A stretch of DNA of 64,000 nt, taken from the NCBI GenBank assembly GCA_963823665.1, contig CAWGMQ010000006.1:64001-128000 (forward strand). The letters run 5' to 3'. The notes beneath the pieces are model-generated. The model did no database searches. It was not told the DNA's origin and saw only the letters and a list, made by a program, of their open reading frames with translations. Positions 33,804 to 47,205 of this stretch are shown here, piece after piece (position 1 is the stretch's first letter; every line of letters begins with the position of its first letter). The stretch is from an uncultured Planctomycetota bacterium (GTDB taxonomy: Bacteria > Planctomycetota > Planctomycetia > Isosphaerales > Isosphaeraceae). The position numbers and the translations under genes are program-made.

Positions 33804-36800
33804 ATGGAGCAGCGAGACAACAGGGATGGATGGGTCTCGTGGAGGTTGTGCGCGATCAGGGCAGCGGTGCGCTGGTTGGTGGGGGTTGCTCGCGGCCGCG
33901 CGGTGGCGGTCCCGCATGCGCTTGTTGGGGCGGCTATGTTGGCGGTCGTGCTTGGGGGGTGGCGGATTCATGCGGAATGGAGGGTGGGGCGAATTGAGTT
34001 TATGACTGGGGGGGAGCCGGTGGTGGCTCAGGTGCTCGAGGAAAACTCGGACCACGCGGTCGGGGAGCCGTTTGATCTGGCGGGGCGGGTGGTGGTTGGT
34101 CTGCCGGAGGGAGAGTATCGGCTGCGGGTGGAGGGGACGGGAAGACTCGGGCGGACTTTTCGATTTGCGGTCGTTCGGGGGCAGACACAACGTTACTCGG
34201 TTTCGATCGACGAGGGGCGGCTGCTCCGGGGCGAGGAACGCCCGAGGAGCCGGGTGGGGATCCGATTTGCCGAGCTCTCCGCGGCGCTTGAGCTGACGCC
34301 GGGAAAGGCCGACTTGATCGAGTGGACGTCTGCGAAGACCTTGATCTGTCGCGACGGCGTCAGTAGCGACGTGCGGTGGGATGCTGCGTGGGCCGTGAGA
34401 CCGCGGGACGGCGCGTTTGATGCGATTGGATGGCTGCGCACGAATACCTCGTGGGGGGAAGGCGGTGCCGGGCTCCTCGAGGGAGCGCCCGACTTGAACG
34501 GCGACGGGACCGGTGATCTGGTGTGGTACTCCGGACGCGAAGCGGAATTGCTTGCTGTTTCCGGCAAGGACGGGTCGACGCTTTGGCGGTACCGGGAACG
34601 TAGCGGGACCGAGCTTTCGTCGAGCAGCCGCAGTGCCGGCGCGCCGGCAATCCTGGATGTGGATGGGGACGGCGCGGCGGATGTCGTTGCCACATTCTTT
34701 GGTTATGGGTCTTCGGATGATCGGTTCGTCGTCTCCGCGATCTCGGGGCGAACAGGGCGGCGGCTCTGGACTTACCCGCGCGACGGTGCGATGAGCGATC
34801 CCTCGCGCGTAGCGCGGGAACGGCCGACTGTGGTGGTAAAGGGGCTGCGCTCGACGTTGATCGCCTACGTCGATGGGACGCGATGGCTGGGCCTCGATCC
34901 GGTGAGGGGGCGGGTGCAGGCGGAGCCGATCGAGCTTGGATTCATCCCGGTTCGCCCGGTGCAGCACGCGGATCTGGATGGCGACGGCGAACCGGAAGTG
35001 ATTGCGCTTGGGCCCGGGCCGACAGGGACGCAGCGGACTCTGCGCACCTTCTCGATCAAGAATGCACGCGAGCTCTGGGTTCAGACGGTGGATGGTGGCT
35101 ATGACCAATCGGAGCGCGGCGTGCCTTCCGGCGATCGCCCGCTGGCGGTGGATCTAGACGGTGATGGACGATCCGAAATCGTGGTGAGCGACTCGGGCGC
35201 GATGCCGCCCCTGGATGGCTATCGGGGAGTGCGGTTGCTTGACGGGCGTGCGGGCACGACGCGGTGGCGCCGGCCGCTGCGGCCTGAGACTTCGGCAAAG
35301 GATGGGCTCGCGCAACTCGTCGCCGCGCCTGATCTCGACGGAGATGGCACGCGCGAGCTGATCGCGGTCTCGCTGTTTGACGGCCGGGATCCGCCGGCGG
35401 CTCCCAGGAATCCGGAAGATCGGCGCATTTATGTCGATGCGATATCTGGAAAGTACGGACGCTCGCTCTGGGTGTGGAACCGCGGGCTGCCGGTGGCGAC
35501 GTTCACGCGGATCTGGGCGCCGCAGTGGTGGGGGCTTGGTCGTGACGGGCTGCCGATGCTTGCTCTCGCAATCGGCGGGAGCGCCCCGCCTCGGCTGGGT
35601 GAAATCGCTGGAATGTCGAGCACGCCATCCGAGCGTTCTGCCGAGCCGGAGGTCCATATGCTCGAGGCGTCGACGGGTGCGGAACGACATCGCGTACCGG
35701 GTCTGGCACGAGTGAGAATCGCCGATCTGGACGGTGATGGGCTGGCCGATCTGTGGGGTGATGTTGAAGGGGAGCTGCGAGCTTTTCGCGGGGAGATGCC
35801 GGAAGCCTGGCGGGCGCTGGGACGGTTCAGTCCGGCGGGTTCCTTGTATCTGTGGCCGAACGGAGTCGAATATCCTGCGGTTGATCTGGATGAGGACGGC
35901 GTCGCGGATACGCTCAGCGAGCCCGAGATCGCGGGCTTTCTCGAGCGCGAGGCGGAGCGATGCCACGTCGCGGTGGCGCGGTCGGGGCGCGACGGGCACG
36001 TCATCTGGAAGACGGCGCTCGATCCGTGGGATCACTGGTCGGACTCGAAGTGCAGGGACTGGTACGAGCTCGAGGCGCTGGGATCGGAAGCTGGTGATCT
36101 CGACGGGGACGGCACCGCCGACGTCATTGCCCGGAGACTGATTTGGGAAGCGCCAAGCCGTGGGTCGGAGCCGTTGAGCGCCGTGCCATTGCAGCTTCTT
36201 TCGGGCCGGACGGGGGCGCGGCTGTGGGCGGCTGGGCCGTTGCCGTCGGGCATCCAGGCGCAGGTCTACAATGGGGGGTTCTGGGCGCAGGCTTGTGCGG
36301 TGGAACGGGGGAGCAGGCCCGATCTGATCGTACGGCACCACGCCAGGCCGGCGAAGGCGGTGCCTGGGCTGACCGCGGTTCGGATGCCGGGTCGAGCGAG
36401 CCTGGCGCGGATCTCGGGACGGGACGGTCGCGTGCGTTGGGAGATCGCGCTGGCGGAGCAGGTCCAGGATTACGCGTACACGGGAATTCCGCCGCTGCAT
36501 TTCGGGGATCTCAACGGGGATGGCGCACTGGACGGGCTGGTGCTGCTCGAATCGGTGCACGTTGCGGACGAATCGGACTACCGGCTTCAGGCCATCTCGC
36601 TGCGCGACGGCGCGCGGCTCTGGACGCGGCCGATGCACTGCGATCGGTATTACGACGCCGAGTATGGTGCTGCTGATATCGATGGTGACGGGCGGCCCGA
36701 TGTCGCGATTCTCGAGGTCTATCCGATTGGCGATCAGTTTGCCGCGGAGGTGCGGGTGCTGGGTGGGCGCGATGGAGCGACTCGTTGGACCTGGAAGCCG

Positions 36801-37989
36801 GAGGCCGCGTTTCATCCGGATCGGCCCAAGTCGCTAGCGCTCGCGGATTTCGCGGGGGACGGCAGCACGGATGTGTGCGCTTGCTTCCGGGCGCGGAATG
36901 GATCTGTGCGGATCGTGGTGCTCGATGGGAACGGTCACGAACACGTGCGCCTGGATGTTGATGGAGACAAATACCCGAGTTTGAAGGCCGCGGACGTCAA
37001 TGGCGATGGGCGTGACGAGCTGATCGTCTGGTTTGGCGGGAAGCTTCACGCGCTCGATCGCGACTTGAACGAGGTCTGGTCATCGGCGACGCGATCGACG
37101 AGAGTCGAGAAGATTCTGGCACCGTCGGAGAATGGCAGGCCGGCGGCTGTGTTCATCAAGCCGGCGGTCGCCATTGATGGAGCCACGGGTCGGCCAAAGT
37201 GGAAGGGGCAGGCTCGATTCGACGATGATTTCGGGCCGTTCGTTCCTGACGTGCTGGACGCGGGCGCGGCGAATCGGGGGATGCCGCTCTTGATCGGCGA
37301 TGGCCTGGGTGCGACGGTGTGCCGGACGGCGATGGGGATGGATTCGGAGGGTGGGAGTGTGGCGGCTGCGGGTCTGCGGGTCGAGCCTGCGCGTCCTGAC
37401 GATGACCCGCGTTGGCGGAGGCCGTTGCCGTGGTTCAGGGGGCTCACGGGAGTGCTGGGGCCGTGGGGCTTTCTTGGGGCTTTTGGCCTGGCGCTCTTGA
37501 ACGTGGGAGTGCCGGTCCTGATCCTGCGCGGTGTGCGGGGGGCGGCGGGCCTTCCGGATGTGGGCGCTCATGATGGTGCCGGTTGTCGCCACAGTGCCGC
37601 TCCTGGTGTTTCTGACATTCTCGCGGCAGATGCCGGTGATGGGTGCCCGGGGCTTGCTCGGGTCTGGGGAGCGCATTTTTCTGATTGGCACGCTTGCTGG
37701 TTTGCCGATGGTTTGGTGTTTTTGTAGTTTGGGGGCGTGTCTGGCTCGAAGGCGCTGGCGGCCGGTTCTGGCACTGGCCGGGCTGGGTTTGGTTGGGACA
37801 GCGGCGATCGCGGCGGTTTGGATCTGGGTGGACAGGAAGTTGATGGCGGGGAGCGAGCATTATGGGTGGGAGGGATGGGGGCTGGTGTTTTTGGTGGGGG
37901 CTTATGTTGCTGCGGTGATGTGGGGGGTGGGGATTGCGGTTGGTGGGTGGATTCAGGGATTGAACAGAAGGGGGCGTTGGAGTTTATAG
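33804..37989 (+). CDS. Array copy 4; frameshift near 37530
   Basis: ORF 33759..37727 plus TM tail in ORF 37531..37989; ATG at 33804 preferred. Confidence 0.85.
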
Positions 37990-38144
37990 ATGGGCTCGGA
38001 GTTTGAACAGAAGGGAACAAAGATAACGAAGGGGGGAGAGGCGGCGATGCGAGCCGTGGGGGCGGTGATCTGGGTGGTGGGGAGGGCGGGGTCGCAGGCT
38101 GGCGTGGATGATCACGCGGTTTCGGTGGGCGTTTTCGGCGGGCG

Positions 38145-41100
38145 GTGCGCGCAATGAATATCGACAATATGAACATGGGATGGTGGGTTTTACCCACCCT
38201 ACGGACGCTGGGGCGCCGGCGGAGGGAGATTGTCTGGGCGATGGTTGGTTGCGCGATCACTGTGCTTTTGATCGCAGGATGGGGGTTGGGTTCGTACTGG
38301 CGGATGGGGAGCGTTGTGCTCACCGCGGCGGGGGACGCGGTTGTGGTGCAGGTGCTCGAGGACGGGAGCGACCGGCCGGTCGGCGGGCCGGTGGGATTGG
38401 TGGATCGTGCGGTCATTGCGCTGCCGGCGGGTGAGTATCGGCTTCGGGTGAATGGCAAAGGAAAAGTGGGGCGTACGTTTCGGTTTTCGGTCAACCGCGG
38501 GGAGACGCTTGCGCATTCGATTTCGATTGATGAAGGGCGGCTGATAGGTGGCGGCACGGAGGAGGAACCGGGAGAGTTCGGCAAGAAGAGAAGACTGAAC
38601 ATGCCGATCGCGTACGCGGAGAACACGCATGCGATTGAACTGATTCCGGGCAAGTTCGATCTGATTGAGTGCTCGGAAAAAGCGGTGGTGTGCCGGGACG
38701 GGGCCAGCGGACGAGTGCGCTGGGACACTGCGCATCCTCTGAGCCCGTTCGACGCGAAACGGGATCCGTCGCGGTGGCTTTCGGCTCTTTCGCCCACGGA
38801 TTGGAATACGGGCGTGGTGGAACCGGCGGTTGATCTCGACGGCGACGGCGTGCGTGACTGCGTTCTTTACTTTCACAAGGGCCTTGCGTTCGTTGCGCTC
38901 TCGGGCCGCGACGGGGGCATGCTCTGGAATCATGTCCCTGAGGTTGATTGGCCAGAACCGGCGCGGAGGCAGGGCGAGCTTGTCGGAAATCCCTCGATGC
39001 TGGATGTCGATCACGACGGCACGCTGGACCTGGTGGCGACGATCGCGTTTTCCGGCGGGACCAGTCTGAAGACCGGCGACACGGTGGTCAGGCGTATTGC
39101 GGTGGCGATTTCCGGTCGGACTGGATCGCGCCTGTGGGCTTTCGCGCTCGATCCGGGGTTCAGGAAGGTATCGGAGAGAGCCAGTGCGCGCGAGGCGATG
39201 GTGGTGCGCGGGGGGCGGTCGACGGTGATTGGCTTCGTGACCGGAACGCGATGGTTCGGGCTGGACCGGGCGGGGGGTGATGTGCAATCCGGACCGATTG
39301 ACCTGGGATTCGAGCCCGAGGGAGCGATTCAGCACGTCGATCTGGATGGCGATGGAGTGCTCGAGATCCTGGCGCTAGAGCGTGGCGGTACGGAAACGAC
39401 GAAGGTGTTGCATGCGATTTCCGTCGAGTCGGAACGCGAGCTGTGGGCCGAGGAGGTCGGGCCGATCGCCGACGAAGCCACACCGAATCGGTCGCCATTC
39501 CAGACACTGATGCCGGATGGGCCGTTTGTCAAATGGCCGGTCGCTGTGGATCTGGATGGTGACGCCGGCGCCGAGATTTTGGTACCGGACGAGGGCCCTC
39601 TGCCGCGGAGCGCGGGTTATCGCGGGGTGCGGCTGATCGACGGCCGGACGGGAGGTACGCGGTGGCGGCGGCCGATGCGGTTGCAGACGCCTAACTCGGA
39701 CGGAGTGACTGATGCGGTGGTGGCGCCCGACCTGGACGGCGACGGCAGGCGCGACGTGATCATCGTCTCGCGATACCGCGGCCGCGAGGACATTCCGCCC
39801 TTGCGAGTGACTTTTGGGCCGGCGGCGCCGGAGCGGGTGTTCGTAGATGCGGTGTCGGGGAAGGATGGCCACGCATTGTGGTGCTGGCACGCGGAGCTGC
39901 CTACGTCGAAAAGCTCGCAGATCCACGCCCCGTTGTGGTGGGGGCGAGGGCCTGATGGCTGGCCGATGCTGGCGCTGCCGCTGGGGGGGATCGAAGACGC
40001 GCCCTTCGCGGACAGCGAGTCGTTTGCCGAGCCGGTCGTGCACGTGATCGAGGCGTCGACGGGTCGCGAGCGGCACAGGGTGCCCGGGCTCGCTCGAGCG
40101 GTCGCCGCCGATCTGGACGGTGACGGGCTCGCTGATCTCTGGGGCGAGGTCGACGGTGAGCTGCGCGCGTTTCGCGGCGAGGCGCCGGAAGCCTGGCGGG
40201 CCTTGGGGCGATTCGATCCGGCGGGTGCGGACGAAACGGCCGATGCATCATCCCCCTTCGCCATGGACCCGTTCGAGATGGACCCGGAATTCACGTCCCT
40301 GACTGACTTACAGGGAAACCGGACGATCGACTTCGACGGCGACGGGGTTACTGATGTGCTCATCGGTGGGATGGCAGTGCCCCGCGCGGGCGAGGACGCC
40401 ACGACCGGCAGTCATATCGTGATGGTGCGTTCCGGACGTGACGGCCGTGTGATCTGGAAGACCGGCATCAGTCCTCTTGGAAGCTGGGTTGATCCGAGCA
40501 TCGGCGATGGCTATGCGCTGAGCGCGTTTCCGCTGCCCGAGGGTGATTTGAACGGCGACGGAACGCCCGATGTGATTGTCGAGAAGCGGCCGGGGAGCGG
40601 ACGCATGCGAGGGGGCGTGTTGCCTGATCTGGAAGTCGAAGTGCTTTCGGGCGCACCGGCGGCCGGCTGTTCTCGGCGCCGCTTTCGTCGGGGGTCCCGA
40701 TCATGATGAGCGCTCGCCGCGAACGGATGATCGAGCCCGTTGTTATCGAGCCGAACGGGAAACCGGATTTGATCATTCGCTGCGATGAGAACAATCGACC
40801 GAAGATGGCGCGAATTTCGGGACGCAATGGCCGGCTCGTCTGGGAGGCTCCGCTCGTCGATGACGCGACTGTCTCCCTGCAGAATGGTGCGCCGATCTTG
40901 TTCGACGAAGTTAATGGTGACGGCGTTCTCGATGCCCTGTTCGTGAAGACGCAGACGTCGTCGAGCGACTCGACCGAGTGTGTTCTGCGTGTGATCTCAC
41001 TGCGCGACGGCAAGCAAATCTGGTCGCAACCGGTTGGTCTGATCGGGGAACATCAAGGCTTCGGTGATTTCTGTGCGGGTGATCTGGACGGAGACGCGCT

Positions 41101-42511
41101 GCCTGAGGTTGTGGTCCTCGAAGCGCGCGGAGACCGAGGGCAAGGGAACGAGGCGGTGCAAGTTCGCGCCCTTGACGGGCGCGATGGAAAGACCCGGTGG
41201 ACGTGGAAGTCCGGGGTGGCAACGCAATCGATCGTGGGGGAAGCCTCCGTCGCTCTGGTGGATCTCGATGGAGACGTTGCGCGTGAGGTCTGTGTGGGTT
41301 TCTGCATTTCCGAAGAGCGCGATACCAAGGGTGGCGTGGTTGTGCTCGAGGGCAATGGGAAGGAGCGGACACGCCGCGGTTTGAACTCGGCATTACGGGG
41401 CGGGCTCCGCGGGATCGATCTGGATGGCGATGGACGCGATGAGTTGTTGTTCGTCAATAGCGATCTATCGAGCGGGCAGGTTCATGCCTGGCGAGGCGAC
41501 CTGAAGAACCTCTGGAGGTGGCCGGAGGGATCGGACACGACCGGGCTGTTGTGGATGAATACGCGTGAGCTGGAGCCTCGGCGCGAAGTATCGGTTGGGA
41601 TCGATCGGATTATTCCGTCGCCCGGTAAGCGGCGGGCTGCGGTCTTGATCACCACCAACTTGGCCGGGATCGACGGGTCGAGCGGAAAGCCTTTGTGGAC
41701 GGGGCAGCAGGCGCTCGTGACGCAATGGCCGCAGGTCGAGCCCCGGCTGCTTGATGCGGGCGACATTTCACGCCGAGCGCTCACTGTTGCGAGTGGCTCG
41801 GGCTCGGATGTGGCGGTGTGCCGCGCAACCGTGCCGCTGATGGAACGAGGGAGAAACGCGGTGATTTCGGGACGCCTGGCAAAGGGCGGCGGGGTGTTCG
41901 ACGATCCGCGCTGGACCAGGCCGCTTCCCTGGCTGCCGTGGTGCACCCGGATCCTTCGAACGAGGCTGAGTGTGGTTTTCCCGGGTCTGGCGTGTGTGAA
42001 CCTGATCTTGCCGGGAATGATCCTGTGGCTCCTGTTCGGGAGGCGGCGGGCGTTCCGGATGTGGGCGCTCATGGTGGCGCCCGCGGTGGTCGCGATTCCG
42101 CTCCTGTGTTACCTGAACCTGGCGCCGTGGCTGCCGGTTTCGAATGAGAAATGGCTTTCGACGGGAAACCGCGTGTTCGTGACAGGGACGGTGGCAGGAG
42201 TGCCGGTTGTGTTCGGAGCGATTGCGGTCGTTGCGGCGCTCTTGCGCAGGCGATGGAGAGCGATTGGTGCGATGGGGGGGATTGTGGTCGTGGCGACGAT
42301 GTTGGTGGCGGGAGGGTGGGTCTGGGTTGATCGGAAATCGATGGCGGTGGGGTTCGAGTATTATGGGTGGGAGGGATGGGGGTTGGTGTTTCTGGTGGGG
42401 GCTTATGTGGCGGCTGTGGTTTGGGGGGTGGGGAGGGTGATTCTGGGGATGCGCGGGTGGGTTCGGAGGAGGGGTCGGGGGGTGGTGAGGGGTGAGCGGG
42501 AGAGGGAGTAG
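38145..42511 (+). CDS. Array copy 5; frameshift near 40655
   Basis: ORFs 38145..40706 and 40703..42511. Start uncertain. Confidence 0.85.
38182..38202 (-). repeat. GTAG-type REP hairpin within the 5' end of copy 5
   Basis: Minus strand reads GTAG-GGTGGG-taaaa-CCCACC. Confidence 0.7.
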
Positions 42512-42615
42512 GAGTGAGAATAAGAACAAGATTAAGATTAAGATTAGGATTAAGATTAGGATTAAGATTAGGATTAAGATTAGGATTAAGATTAGGATTC
42601 GGATCAGGATGAAGA
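42506..42615. repeat. GATTAA/GATTAG hexamer microsatellite between copies 5 and 6
   Basis: About a dozen near-perfect hexamers with degenerate flanks. Confidence 0.92.
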
Positions 42616-42673
42616 TGGATGCGGCGGTTTGGGGATGAGCGTTGTGTGTGGGCGGTGGGGCGGTGGGGCGGGT

Positions 42674-42828
42674 ATCGGGCTTACGGCCGAGGTTGGAGGA
42701 CTGGCGTCCCGTCCGAACCACGCACTGACGGGCGTGGTCGTGGGGGTCACTGGCGTGGTCGTGGGGTTTACTACGGCGAGGGCTCATTTGCGAGATGGAC
42801 GATCGGCGCGCCGGGAACATGTTGGGGG
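42674..42828 (+). repeat. Leader shared by copies 6 and 8 (second copy 53608-53741)
   Basis: ACGGCCGAGGTTGGAGGACT(G/T)GCGTCCCGTCCGAACCACGCACTGACGGGCGTGGTCGTG...CGAGATGGACGATCGGCGCGCCGGG at both sites. Confidence 0.88.
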
Positions 42829-45800
42829 TAGCGCGATTGCGGGCGGGCGCGGAACTTATCGCGGGTCGACACGCGCGGATCGTGGTTCGCTCGGCTGTTA
42901 TCGGCGCGGTGGCGATGCTGATCGGGATCGTGGGGTGGCGGATTTATGAAGGGTCGCGCCGGGGCGCGTCGAGCTGGTTGCTGAAGGGGAGCCGATGGTG
43001 GGGCAGGTGCTCGATGGGGATTCGGATCTGGCGATTGGTGAGCCGTTTGATATCGCGAGTCGCGCGGTTGTGAATCTGCCGGAAGGGGATTACCGGCTCA
43101 GGGTCAACGGTGTCGGGCGGCTGGGAAGGACGTATCGGTTTGTGGTGGCGAGCGGTGAAACGCATGTGCATACGGTCTCGATCGACGAGGGGCGGTTGCT
43201 TGGTCAGGAGAGCAGCGGTCCGCCGAAGGTGCGCGGAGGGAGTGTGTCGAATGTGCCGCTTGCCTGGGCGATCGAGCTGATGCCGGGGCGGGCGGACCTG
43301 GTCGAGGCGACGGAAGCGTCGCTCATCTGCAGGGACGGTGCAACGGGAAGAGTACGATGGAGCATTTCCGGTGCCGAGAAATTGGGCGAAGGCAAGGGGG
43401 ATCTGGGGCGATGGATCTGTTCGCACGTTCAAACGGACGTGCCACATCGCGGACTGATCGAGCCCGCACCGGACTTGAATGGCGACGGGACAGGCGACCT
43501 GGTGTGGTTCGCTCGCGACTCGGCGCAGATGCGCGCGATCTCGGGCAAGGATGGGTCCAGGCTCTGGGAGTATCTCTCATTGGAAAACGGGCTTGGACGT
43601 GACGTTCGCGCTGGCGGCGAGACAATGTTCCGGCCGCTGGACACGGTCCATGCCGGTGAGCCGGCGAGGGCGGAGATGGATCTGGATCACGATGGCATTC
43701 CGGACCTGGTCGGCACGTTCATTTTCACCGCATTCGGGTCGGGCAGGCGGATCGTCGCGGGGATTTCCGGGCGATCGGGGCGACGGCTGTGGACTCATAC
43801 GACCGCCAAGACCGCGGAGGAGATTCCGTGGGACTCGCGGAGACAGGCGGCGGTGGTGGTGCGCGGCCGGCGTAGGGCGCTGGTTGCTTATTCGGACGGC
43901 ACAAACTGGGTCGGGCTCGACCCGGCGAGCGGTGAGGTGCGAGCGGGACCGATCGACCTGGGTTTTATTCCGATTCGCCCGGTTCAACATGCCGATCTGG
44001 ACGGCGATGGAGAGCTCGAGTTGCTGGCGCTCGACACGGGCGCAACGGCCGAGAAAAAAATTCTGCATGCGATCTCGATCACGACCCGTCGGGAGCTGTG
44101 GACGCAGACCGTGGATGAGGTTTACAACCAGGTGAGCCTCGTCGCGCTTCCGGATCGCCCGTGGGTGGTGGATCTTGATGGTCACGGGCGATCCGAGATC
44201 GTCATGCCGGATTCGGGGCCGATGCCGCCGCTGGCGGGTTACCGGGGCGTGCGTCTGATCGACGGCGCGACGGGCAAGACTCGCTGGAGGCGGCCGCTGC
44301 GGCCGGATACTCCGGGTAAGGACGGGCTGGTGGATCTGGCGGTCGCACCCGACCTGGACGGAGACGGCACGCGAGATCTCGTGACGGTTTCGGTATTCGA
44401 CGGCCGGAATCCGCCGGCGGCGGCGACTGGTGTGCTGCCTGAGGAGCGGCGGCTTTACGTTGATGCTCTGTCGGGAAAAGACGGGCGACCGCTTTGGGTG
44501 TGGCACCGCAATCTGGTGGTCGGGACCGCTACCCGGATCTGGACTCCGCAGTGGTGGGGGCGTGGCCGGGATGGCTGGCCGATACTGGCTGTCGCGCTGG
44601 GGGGAGGAGCGCGCGAGCAACAGTTTGCAAAATGGAGCTTCGGAGTTGCCGAGCCCGAAGTGCACGTGCTTGAGGCATCGACGGGAAGGGAGAGGCACCG
44701 TGTGCTGGGGCTGTGGCGGGCGAGCGTTGCCGATCTGAACGGGGACGGGCTTGGCGATCTGTGGGGCGCGGTTGGAGGTGAGCTGAGAGCCTTTCGTGGC
44801 GAAGCGCCGGAAGCCTGGCGCGCGCTGGGGCGCTTCTGGCCGCCGGGGTCGAACTACTCGCGGCCGAATGACGCCGGGTACGCCGCTGTTGATCTCGATG
44901 GCGACGGCATCGCCGATACGCTCAGCAGGGCGGACCGGCGCGGATTCCTGGATCGGCAGGCGAGCGGCACTCACACGGCGGTGGCACGCTCCGGGCGGGA
45001 TGGACACGTGATCTGGCGGGCGGTGCTTGACCCGTGGGATCGCGCGTGGGAGTCGACGTGCCGGGATTGGTACGACGCCCTTGCGCTGGAAACACGGGAC
45101 GGCGATCTGGATGGCGACGGCACGGCGGATGTGTTTGTGCGGAAGGTGATGTGGGAGGCGCGAAGCTCGGCGACGCGGATGCCGAAGTCGTTTCCGGTCA
45201 AGGTGCTCTCGGGGCGTACAGGAGCTGTGCTATGGTCGGCCGGGGTGTTGCCGTCGGGGTTCGAGCCGCAAGTGTATCAGGGGGGCTTCTGGGCGCAGGC
45301 GCGCGTGGTTGAGCCAGGGAGCGCGCCGGATGTTTTCTTGCGGCACTACACCACGCCGGCAGCGTCTGTTCCCGTGGTGGCCGCGGTGCGCGCGCCGGCA
45401 AGCCAAGCCTGGCACGGATCTCGGGACGCGATGGCCGCGTGCTCTGGGAGGTGAATCTCACGGATCAGGTGAAAGATTATGCGTATATGGGCATACCAGC
45501 GCTGGACTTCACGGACCTGAACGGTGATGGAGCGATTGACGGGCTGGTGCGTCTGGGGTCCAGGCACATTGAATATCCTTCGGAGGATCAGCTTCAGGCC
45601 ATCTCGCTGCGCGATGGCACGCGGCTCTGGTCCACGAGGCTGCACCAGGGGCGGTTCCTTGATGCGGAAGGGCGCGAGGGATTTGATGATGCCGAGGTGG
45701 GCGTCGGGGACCTGGACGGTGACGGGCGGCCCGAGGTCGCGGTCGTTGAGTACGACTCGAGTTACTCGCCGCTGAGGGCGCAAGTCCGCGCGCTGGATGG

Positions 45801-47014
45801 GCGTGATGGGAAATTGCGGTGGACCTGGAAGGTGGTCGGCGGCGCGCGCGGGGCGTTCCAAATCGATCGTGCTCGCGGACTTCGAAGGCAAGGGGACGAA
45901 GAGCGTTTGCGTCTGCGTGATGGTGAAGGCTGGAGCGGCGCGGATCGCGGTTCTGGACGAGCACGGCAAGGAACGCGCGAACCGAGTCGTCGCGAATGAC
46001 CAGATTCCCATTTTGAAGGCGGCTGATGTGAATGGTGATGGACGCGATGAGCTGTTCGTTTGGAACGGCGGGCAGCTTCACGCGCTGGATGGCGAGCTGA
46101 ATGAGATCTGGACGTGGGCGACGGATTCGCGGACGGTCGACCGTGTTCTCGCGCCGTCTGGGGGCCGGATGGGAGCGGTTGTTATCAAACCGGCGCTTGC
46201 TCTGGACGGAGGAACCGGGCGGCCGCGCTGGACGGGACAGGCGAGTCAGGGCGGGGGTGCGGCGAACGATTTATTTGTGCCGGAGGTGCTCGATTCGGGT
46301 GATTCCACGCGACTTCCTTTGTTGATCGCTTACGGTCATGGCGCGACGGTTTGCCGCGTGGCGATGCCGACGACTTCGGAAGGCCGGATCGCTGCGCTAG
46401 CCGGCACGCTGGTTCAGCCTGGGCGGACGGGCGACGACCCGCGGTGGATGCGGGCGCTGCCGTGGGTTGACCGGCTGGTGGGGATATTGGGACCGTGGGG
46501 TTTTCTGGCCGCGGCGGGATTGGCGGTTGTCAATGTGGGGGTGCCTGTGTTGATTGTCAGGGCGGCTCGCGGGCGGCGCAGGAGGTTTGGCATCCGGGCG
46601 CTCATGATGCTGCCGGTGGCGGCGGTCGTTCCGCTTCTGGTTTACCTGGCTTTGGTGCCGCGGCTGCCCGTGAACGCGAGTGGGTTGTTTGCGAGCGAGC
46701 CGCGCGTGTTTCTGATCGGCACGCTCGCGGGTTTGCCGATGGCGTGGGGGGTCTTGTGGGTGGTGGGGGCGCTCTTGCGCGGGCGAGTGCGGGAAATCAT
46801 CGCGATGGGCGCTTTGGGGATTGTGGCGACGCTGGCGGTGGCGGGGGCGTGGGTTTGGTTTGATCGGAAGTCGATGGCGGCGATCGAGCATTATGGGTGG
46901 GAGAGGTGGGGGTTGGTTTTTTTGCCTGGGGCGTGTGTGGCGGTCGTGTTGTGGGTTGTGGCGGGTGGAGCGGCGAGAGTGCTGCGCGGCGCGGGGGGGT
47001 CGAATGTAAATTGA
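42795..47014 (+). CDS. Array copy 6; frameshifts near 42965, 45405 and 45850
   Basis: ORFs 42795..43073, 42995..45454, 45439..45999 and 45797..47014 are colinear with copy 4. Confidence 0.82.
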
Positions 47015-47205
47015 ACGCGTGCTTGGTTTTACATATCTTGTTCGATATCAGAGGCGAAGAGTAAGGGGCAAAGTGGAGTCGTCCGCACTCGACCCCCCCT
47101 GGCCCCCCCTTCGTAAGGGGGGGAAGGATTGGGGAACGCTCGCGGCGCGGAGATTCGCGTCCGACGGGGTAATTTTCGCGGGAATTCTCGAGTCATCCGC
47201 ACAGC

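Noticed and set aside
41768..42820. Minus-strand ORF with a poly-(IL) hydrophobic tract
   Set aside because: It is the translation of the GATTAA/GATTAG microsatellite, antisense to copy 5.
18377..45007. Long antisense ORFs (e.g. 18377..19969, 27378..28964, 33621..35108, 35154..36815, 43577..45007; also 8411..9793 inside the IS)
   Set aside because: Shadow frames of real GC-rich genes; Arg/Pro/Ser-rich or motif-free translations.
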